A stretch of 62,632 nucleotides of DNA, filler included, from Dugesia japonica (Eukaryota): the NCBI GenBank assembly GCA_001938525.1. It is 6 parts of 6 records of this genome, joined end to end, with 100 filler letters (N's around TTAATTAATTAA, not from the genome) between each part and the next. Parts side by side here need not be neighbours in the genome. Positions count along the whole stretch, not along the records: positions 47,258 to 62,632 come from MQRL01372838.1; 5 more parts are not named here. One strand, given 5' to 3'. The notes below the pieces were generated by a model. That model made no database searches. It worked only from the letters and a program-made list of their open reading frames with translations, and was not told where the DNA came from. Position 1 is the first letter of the stretch; every line of letters starts with the position of its first letter. Shown here one piece after another: positions 54,140 through 62,632 of the stretch. A program made the translations under genes and the position numbers.

Positions 54140-56424
54140 ATTAACAACTACAATACTCTTGTTATTCTTAATTATGGGCAGAAGTGAAGCCATATTGGCA
54201 TATGACTGCAATAGGATGCAAGTTGGGAAGGAAGTATTCTCATTAGTAGATACTGAGGAATGTCCAGACGTAAACCCGAAGAAAATCTCACTCCGTAATA
54301 ATTCCGTTTATCACTTATATCAGGAATCAGATTATTACAAGGCCCAAGTACGCGAATGTACGGTAACAATGAAGACATTTATATTTCATTGTGGTTACCA
54401 CAGTTATACCTCGATAATCGATCCGAGAACAGTGAGACATCCAGTACATCTAACGGGACAACAATGCAACGCAGGGTTCACAACTGGTAAAATTACTATC
54501 AAACATGGAACTCAGGTTGTCGCCAAGAAAGGACATGTAATCGACCAACCAATAGAAGCAGCAGGGAGTATATCGTCACATAAAGGTAACTGTGAATATG
54601 GTACGTACACTATACGAGGAAAGGTATGGCAGTATGCGGTAGCCATTGAAACCTACACAGTAGAACTCAAAGAATACGAAGAATTTTTCGATGCACAGGA
54701 TTTAACTATGAAAGGAAGGTCATACTGCAAAGCAGCGGATGGATCATGTAATACAGGTACGTCGACGTTGATATACCAAGTAGATCACCAGGATTGCAAG
54801 AAGCAGTGTTTAATGAATACCAAGGACAACGTGTTATAGCACCTATTGATCAAGCTCCCAAGGAAAGTAATCTAAAAGATAGAATAGATAACTTTAAAGA
54901 AACAATAAAATCGGGCCCGAGGTCATACGATCAGCAATGGCACACCACGCCCACGGTGTTAATGTCTTCAGAACAAGATGAGACAATCCGATTAATCAAA
55001 GGAAATTCTATGTCTAAATGTGGCCAAATAGTATACAAAACAAACTATAAAGGAATATTTGTATCAGAATATCGAATAAAAACGGCACAAGCTGCAGTAA
55101 TGTCCCAAGATATCAAGCTGCACCTCTATGCCAATAATAAAATGGACAACTTATTCCACCGGATGCAGGATACTATCGGACGAATGTACCACGACCTTAT
55201 ACAAAACGATTGCACATTAAACAAGGAAATATTGAAAGCTAGCAATGGCGGTTACAAATCCAAATAGTTTAATCCCGTTACTTCCTCTAGAAAAAGGACA
55301 ATTTGGGCGAGTAGTAGGTGAAGTAATGTACCTATATAAATGCAAGGCGATAGATGCAGAATTTTCATTCAATCCCAAAAACTGCTATAATGAGATAGAA
55401 ATCATCCACAATAATGAGAAACGTTATGTCCAACCAATTACTCGAATAATATCACCGCTGGGTTATAAGCCAAATATCATAAATTGTTCTAATGTATTTG
55501 AACCACAATACATAATGACAGATGGGTCCTGGATAAGGTTTCCACAACAAAAAAGGAGTCGAACCACGGAAATTCTCAATGTTACGATGAAATAAGGGAA
55601 TGCAATTTACGCCAATCGATATAAATTAAGAAGAAATCTATAGCAGGGAAGATTTAGAAAAAGCAAGGGAATATATGTTGTTTCCGGTTCAAAGGATGCA
55701 AATCCTATCGAATATAGTACAATTAACCAGTGGAACTAACATTGACGGACGAGTAAATTACGATGCACTCTTATCAGCGGATCATTTTCAAAAAGCCACC
55801 GAAAATGTAATGCGGAAGATGTGGGGAAGATTTATAATATTTGGACAAGCGATGGCAGGATTGCTGGGAGTCATGTTGATAATTTCAGTAACACGGGTAG
55901 TAATTAACCAATTGTTTGCCTGTTTTGACATATACAAAAGAGAAAAGAAAGTGAATTGGAAAATGGTAACTGGAATATTCCCATTCCTAGCCAAAACCAT
56001 AGTGCTTAATAGTCACTCTAAAGACATCGAAAGGATAAAACGATTTATTCGGAAGCTAGGACAAATAAGAGGATTGGACAAGGAGGTCATAATGCAACTT
56101 AGATTATTGTGTGAAGAAATGAGTAATGCTAAAAAGAAAATATCATATTTCAACCAATTCAAAGAAAGATTCAAGAACAAAAGCGAGATTAGTAGCAGTA
56201 GTGACGACGACAGAGGAGGAAGCAGTGGAATACCACACGTGCCTAGTTATAAAACCGCCATGGAATACGATGCAGAATTTAAAAGACAACAATATGAAAA
56301 AATCAGTAAGATGCAACGATTAAGAAATGCATTAAAATTTGGAGGAAATGAAAATATACCAGCACCAGCACAAATGTACTATAACGCCTATCCGCAACAC
56401 GGATGGCAACCTATGAATCAATAA
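54140..56424 (+). pseudogene. env: Envelope glycoprotein, chuvirus (Jingchuvirales) G-like, with signal peptide and C-terminal TM
   Basis: SEA/ILAYDC...SLVDTEEC, HCGYHS, LY.N.K, GEVMYLYKC, C.NEI, PITRII, TM FIIFGQAMAGLLGVMLIISVTRVVI. Confidence 0.85.
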
Positions 56425-56469
56425 TCACAACAGGTATGGGCACCAGGTCCCATATATAACACCCCTTAT

Positions 56470-56985
56470 ATGGGTTCACCACAAGCTCGTAATATGGCAT
56501 TATTAACAGAGAACAATTTATCAACGATTGACCGAAGAATTACTGACCAAAATTTGTACTCTCCAAATAACCAAATTACTGAGGACGATAAACTAGAAAC
56601 TCAAACTGTGTGCATGATGATCTCTCCGCGAGCAAAACTATTACAAAAAAGAATAAAAATAGATGGAAGATGGGTACTAGCCATTATCGATACGGGAGCA
56701 AGTACGACGTTAGTCCACAAAAGGGTACTAGAAGACTATCGACTACTCCGAATAACAATTCCTAAAGGAGTTATCATCACAGTCTCGGTGGAAAAGATCT
56801 CACTCGTTGGACAAGCAATATGTGCAGTAGAAAGTGACGGACTACGTCTATGGCGTAAACTACAAATAATGAATGAACTAACTTTCGACTGTTTATTAGG
56901 ATTGGATCTCTTACCACGCCTTTGTCCAGAAGGGATATTAGACCTGCGGAAACTAACCATAAGGGAGAATCATGATCGAGAATAA
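56470..56985 (+). CDS. Retropepsin aspartic protease 1
   Basis: AIIDTGASTTLV and CLLGLDLL; same frame as the env tail, separated by one TAA. Confidence 0.9.
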   Translation: MGSPQARNMALLTENNLSTIDRRITDQNLYSPNNQITEDDKLETQTVCMMISPRAKLLQKRIKIDGRWVLAIIDTGASTTLVHKRVLEDYRLLRITIPKGVIITVSVEKISLVGQAICAVESDGLRLWRKLQIMNELTFDCLLGLDLLPRLCPEGILDLRKLTIRENHDRE

Positions 56986-57142
56986 GCGCCGGTAGGGTAT
57001 CAGAAAACTAGAATAATAACCCAACAAAGACGATTAGCCATGGAATCAACCAACGTACAACCAAAAACCGTGACTCTCACCAGGCAGAGGCGAGCAAGGT
57101 AACTCAAACCAAAAGCGTGAGAAAACTACAAGCACATCCACC

Positions 57143-58153
57143 ATGATAAGAGACGATTGGATAAGGTTTCAAGAGCGAGAACCTAGATGGAAAAATCAAA
57201 AGCAGCCTAAAACCAAGCATAACTCTTCAAACGTGGTATGTACAAGTCTCAGCGGGGGACCTGTATTAACAATTATGATTAAAATCAATGGTAGACCTAC
57301 AACGGCATTATTGGACACAGGAGCAACAATCTCACTATTATCAATAGAAGAGATCGCGATCACGGAATATAAAAACATATTACCTACTAACACCACAGCA
57401 GATGTGACAAACGGAAGCAGTCTTAAAATTTTTGGGGAATTAGCTTATGAGGTTGAATATCAAGACAACAAAATTAAACACAAAATGATAGTAGTAGAAA
57501 TGGCTGGAGAGTGTATTTTGGGTACAGACATTCTCCCAATTTTGATGAAGGATGGCATATTAAACTTTTCCACATTACAGTTGCAATCCTTGGAGGGGTA
57601 TACCCACGTTAAAGATCATGAAGTATTCACTACAGAAGAAATCTTGGTATCTAGTAGATGCCAAGTCTATTGCGTAGTAAGTACGAAAAGTGCATACGAA
57701 GGATATTGCTATTTTGAACCTTATGACGGATTTGCACAACAATATGAGTTACCTACGGCAGGAGGAATAACCACAGTAAATAAAAGCGGAGAGGTACCGG
57801 TTAGCTTGGTCAATTTCACTGAAAAGGATATCAAAATCAAACCGAATTCCAGGATGGGCAGACTAACTCCCATCGAACCAGAAGCCGAAGAGATAGAGGA
57901 AATAGTCGCCGAACTCGAAATAGATAGAACATTTAAGGTGGGAACAGAAACACTATCAGATGATCAAAAACAGGCAATACTACAATTGTTGGAAGAATTT
58001 AGGGATATCTTTGCATGGACTGATGAAGAGCTAGGTATGTGTACAGCTACAATGCAAACCATTCCCTTAACAGATGAAACACCAAGCAAGCAGAAACCAT
58101 ATGCTATGACAGTGGAGAAAAAGGAGTTTGCAAACAAGGAAACGGCCAAATAA
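57143..58153 (+). CDS. Retropepsin aspartic protease 2 plus beta-rich spacer before RT
   Basis: ALLDTGATISLL and CILGTDIL; V.LVNF....I.I......G spacer; LLEEFRDIFA. Confidence 0.9.
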   Translation: MIRDDWIRFQEREPRWKNQKQPKTKHNSSNVVCTSLSGGPVLTIMIKINGRPTTALLDTGATISLLSIEEIAITEYKNILPTNTTADVTNGSSLKIFGELAYEVEYQDNKIKHKMIVVEMAGECILGTDILPILMKDGILNFSTLQLQSLEGYTHVKDHEVFTTEEILVSSRCQVYCVVSTKSAYEGYCYFEPYDGFAQQYELPTAGGITTVNKSGEVPVSLVNFTEKDIKIKPNSRMGRLTPIEPEAEEIEEIVAELEIDRTFKVGTETLSDDQKQAILQLLEEFRDIFAWTDEELGMCTATMQTIPLTDETPSKQKPYAMTVEKKEFANKETAK

Positions 58154-60700
58154 GTAAAAATCGGTGTGATAGAACCCAGTTGCTCACCATGGCAATCACC
58201 AGTGGTACTAGTCGATAAAAAAGACGGGACACAGCGATTCTGTATCGATTACAGGAGATTAAATGTGCAAACTAAAAAAGATACGTATCCGTTACCGGAT
58301 ATCAATGAATTACTTCAACTACTGTGTAACGCTAAAATATTCACCACATTGGCTACTCGCAAATACAGATCAAACCAGAGGATAGAGAAAAAACAGCCTT
58401 TTCTACAGGCAAAAACTTATATCAGTTTATCCGTATGCCATTTGGGCTTACCAATGCATCAGCTTCTTTTCAACGAATGATGAATTATGTGACTCATGGT
58501 ATATCTCAATGTATGGGCTATATTGTCGACCTATTGATCTATTCACCAACATTCGAGGGACATTTCAATGATTTACGTAGTGTATTTATCCGATTGCGGA
58601 AATGGAATTTGAAAGTTAAACCCACCAACTGCGAATGGGTGAAGAATAAGGTAACATATCTCGGACATTTGATATCGGATAAAGGAAAAGAGCCTGATCC
58701 TCGAAATAACGAGAAAATACGAAATATAGCACCGCCAAATTGTGTGCTCAAAATACAAGAATTTCTCGGTCTTGCAAACTATTATCGCAAATTCATTAAG
58801 GATTTCACTAAAACTGCGAAACCAATGCAGAAATCGGTCAAACAAAATACTGCCTTCATATGGGAACCAGAGCAACAGCAATCATTTGAGACGTTACGGG
58901 ACAAATTATTAATGCACCAATTCTGGTACATCCAGATTTCTAAAGGCCCTTTATATTAGCCACTGACGCTAGTGGTTATGCGATGAGCGCAGTATTAAGT
59001 CAACTAGATGAACAAGGAAGAGAAAGAGTGATCGCATATTTTAGCAAAAAATTTCAAGGAGCAGAATTAAATTACAGCACTACAGAACGGGAAATAATGG
59101 CTATCGTGAAAGCCACCAAACATTTTTTATCTCTCATACATGGTCACGAGGTGTTAATCTATACGGATCACCTACCAATCACATCCATGGCTCAGAAACC
59201 ATTGCGATGGAACAGAATAGCAAAATGGCAATTAGCAATGCAAGATTATTGCCATCTGTTGAAGTTTAAAACGGGGAAAGCGAACTCAAATCCCGATTGT
59301 CTGTCAAGAATCGGTGGACCAGAAACTACGAAGAATACACCAGAAGATACAGAAACATTTACATTACGGGAATTATTAGAGAAAAAAGTAAGAATGGTAT
59401 ACTTTATATTAGCCGAGGATAGAAATTTCGATGGGCTAAAACAAGCACAGGCCGACGATGAGGAAATTAAGATCATCATGAAATATATGGAGAATTATAA
59501 TTTAGAGAAGTTAGAATGCGAACCTAAGATGAAAGAGCACTTNNNNNNNNNNNNNNNNNNNNNNGCACTTACCAAAGGATGGTTGACAGCTCAAGACGGA
59601 GAGAATACCATATTGGGTATCCCTAAAGCAAGGCGGGATAAATTACTTGAACAATATCACAATGGTGTACTCGGCGGACACATGTCTCATAAGAAAACCG
59701 AGTCAAAATTAAGACAGAAATATTACTGGCCACACATGACAGAATCTGTAAAAAAATAGATTGCCAAATGTTAAATATGTGCTGCCAGGAGAGGAACAGG
59801 CAAAAGAGTAAAAGCATTATTGAAACCAATCGCAGTACCAGCAGCGCCAATGGAAATCATCGCTATGGATGTAGTTGGGCCATTACCACCAACCCTAAGT
59901 GGAAATATTTACATACTTAACATAATGGATTATTTGTCCAAATTCCCCGAGGCGTTTCCAATGAAAAATCAAAAGGCCACAACTATAGCGGACACAATGG
60001 TACGGAAATCTTTCAGTCGATATTGTACACCCAAGAAAATATTAACGGATCAAGGAAAAAATTTCATGAGCAATATATTGGCAGAAATATCGAATTTTCT
60101 TAAAATCCACCAGTTACGGACATCACCTTATCATCCCCAAACAGATGGATTAACGGAACGATTTAATAAAACTCTGATCAATATGCTGTCTAGTTATGCG
60201 CAAAAAGAACAGAATAATTGGGACAAACATATTCAGCTATGTCTATTTGCCTACCGTATGAGTGTGCACCCAGCCACTAAATACACTCCGTTCGGTCTTA
60301 TGTATGGAAGAGAATGTAACATGCCAATCGATCTAGAATTTCAATTACCTATAACACAATATCAAGACGAAACCAATTTCGTGGCGAACTTCAAAGAAAC
60401 CCTGCAAAAGATATGGAAACAAGCCAAGGAGAACGTGGGATTTTACCAAGAAAGTTACAAAGATTTACATGATAAAACTGCAACGCAACATTCCTTTTAA
60501 AAAAACGACGTGATATTGATTAATTTGCCCGATATTTGTGTTGGCACTACGTCAAAACTGAAAAGGCCATGACAAGTGCCATACGAAGTAATTGAGGTAA
60601 CCGAAACCAATCTCAAAGTTCGAAAGAAAGGAAATCTCTTGGAAAAACCTAAAATATACCACGCCAACTTATGTAAAAAGGCTGCAACGATGGAGGAAGT
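58154..60700 (+). pseudogene. pol: RT-RNase H-integrase (Gypsy order), inactivated
   Basis: SPWQSPVVLVDKKDG..RFCIDYRRLN, MPFGL.NA, YIVD in place of YxDD, TDASG, TDH, GGH...YYWP, MDVVGP, TDQG, YHPQTDGLTERFN, .PY motif. Confidence 0.96.
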
Positions 60701-62632
60701 TATGCCATCCACCAGTATTACACTGACTACGATGGAACACAGAGAACCAGGTAGGCCACGTAAGTCGGAAAATATGAAGCCGCACATTTCACGTAGTTAT
60801 CCATTAAGATCACAACAAACTATGATAATACTCGGGAATTCATCCACACCAATATTTGTGTTAGGTCAATTAAGTCAGCGGGTTAAAGTATTGGGTACCA
60901 CAACAATCTATCCTATAATTCCACGAGGAACACAGTCACCAGTACCATAAAACTGTTGCGCTCACCTATATCGGGTGACATACCCTATCTCACCAACACT
61001 ACTGGAAGCAAGTTGTCTTACCTGCATACGGGAAATACAATCAGTTTTGAAGTCGACATTACGAGACGTCGCTGGTCATAGATTTTGGTTGTTGCAGCAA
61101 GATGAATTTGGTGGATTTACCTATAAAACGCATGACAAACTGACAGTGCAAGCACCTTTGACGTCTTGCGAATTAGACACTCTATGCGAACGTTGTATCG
61201 GTAATTATAATGAAACCCTCACTCGAGCTATTGAGAATTTCCATGTGATATTAATAGTGTGGGATTGGTTGGTACTATGGTCTCAACCAGTTGATCATCC
61301 ACCATGGAGTGGCTTAGAGCCATTATCAGGAAAAAGAAGTCTCAACGAGAACGCTGAGTCTGAAGAAGATGGGGAAGGGGAACTAATGAAGAAAGCTGTG
61401 AAGTCGGAAACGGACATACAACCAAAAGACGATGAAAAGATAGAAACAGAGTTACANAAAATAACGAGATTATTGAAAGATGGCGTATTAAAGTATGCAG
61501 ACAAACAAAGAAAAGAAAGGAAGTTGAAAGAAAGCGGAGCATCACGTCAGGACTTTCATAAAATTGGCAACGAAAATACGAACACAAGGGATATTGCGCT
61601 AGACACCAAAGGATTAAATATTTCGAATAAACTAGTTACGCTGAAAATGACTAAGACATCAGATATTAATCATCCGCCCCAAGTTCAAACTACATTATCT
61701 ATGAATCCACTATTATGTCACAAGAAATTAAACATGTATCTTTTGGTTTAGACAATCAAATGCGTCAGCCACTGGCAGTTGAAGCTATGAATGCTACATA
61801 CTATACAATCACATGTCAGGGGAACAAGACACCAAGATCCGAAGAAAGTTGTAATAACATTAACTATACAACTTGTCCGCTGTCAGCACTGCAATCGGAA
61901 GAGAATTGTTTGCAATGTATCAAACAAACACAAAAAGTATTAAAAAATGCGCTAAAGGCCATTTACGATCAAAGAGCATGCTTATCCAAACCAGAAAATT
62001 GGTTCAGAAAATACTGCGATGGGTCACAAATCAAATTACCCATTCAAGCACCAATTCATCAATCTTTCATCAAAAAATAATGCATGCCATGTACAGATAT
62101 CTATAGTCAGGAATTATTAGCGTCAATTCAAGTATTTCACCATACGCTAGTACAATGGAACTGGATCAGAGTATATAAACCTTTGGAGATCCAATTACCA
62201 TGAAAAAGACTGAGCCAACCATTTTAAACAAATACAATCTTAAAANNNNNNNNNNNNNNNNNATACAATCTAAATAAGTGGCTTCCAGAAAAATGGAACC
62301 AATCAACATTGTGAACACTCAGAAAGGATTACAAAGACAAGTGACATCAATGAGAGAAGCATTTCAGGATCAATGGAATGAAATGGAGAAAAAGTGGAAA
62401 CAATTAGCCAAAATAACGCCAAGAAGGGCAAGAAGAAAGGAAATGAAACTAGTACAAGACGAGATGAATCAAACCGAACCAAGAAAATCAGAAAATAAGT
62501 CACCACAAGGAAACAAGAACGGGATTACAACAGAAATGCTAATCAAAATAGCCTTATGGTTATGGGCGGTATTCAACACAAGTTGGGATTATGGCATATT
62601 AATTTGGTTGACAATGAAAGTTATCGGAAATA
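60701..62632 (+). pseudogene. Post-integrase extension: AT-hook, two Cys-rich repeats, hydrophobic segment at the window end
   Basis: PGRPRK; SCLTCIREIQSVLK..QAP..CERC versus NCLQCIKQTQKVLK..QAP..CMPC; same frame as integrase up to 61751. Confidence 0.6.

Larger units (their letters stand above)
47258..62632 (+). mobile_element. Giant env-bearing Ty3/Gypsy (Metaviridae) retroelement, at least 15 kb, both ends outside the contig/window
   Basis: Co-linear plus-strand ORF fragments gag...env...PR-PR-RT-RH-IN with uniform A-rich composition. Confidence 0.93.

Noticed and set aside
57640-57880. Possible dUTPase between protease and RT
   Set aside because: Catalytic dUTPase motifs are absent; it matches the common beta-rich spacer of Gypsy Pol.
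48537-62506. Minus-strand ORFs overlapping the giant element
   Set aside because: Antisense shadows of an A-rich coding strand with no recognisable motifs.

Overview
This is AT-rich animal DNA made almost entirely of decayed mobile elements. A planarian/flatworm origin is my inference from the repeat types. It is not one locus: five artificial 100-bp N-TTAATTAATTAA-N linkers join six unrelated contigs. Contents: Polinton/Maverick remnants (packaging ATPase, integrase fragment, penton, major capsid start, pPolB, AGTAG termini, an RFX X-box cluster), an RLE-type non-LTR retrotransposon, Gypsy pol fragments, a mariner, hAT relics, Penelope-like relics with minimal hammerhead ribozymes, and a family of giant (~4.2 kb) solo LTRs that contain coding segments. 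The highlight is a giant Gypsy/Metaviridae-like element (47.3-62.6 kb). Its decayed, apparently single polyprotein reads Gag-3xCCHC, several ubiquitin-like domains, AT-hook, Bcl-2-like domain, internal signal peptide, chuvirus-like envelope glycoprotein, TM, two aspartic proteases, RT-RNaseH-integrase, AT-hook, duplicated Cys-rich domain. A diverged relative on another contig (21.8-27.5 kb, minus strand) keeps the Gag-Ubl-AT-hook-Bcl-2-signal-'AYDCN' order, lacks most of env and all of pol, and carries an RNF10-like RING gene. All calls are from motif reading by eye; no searches were run.
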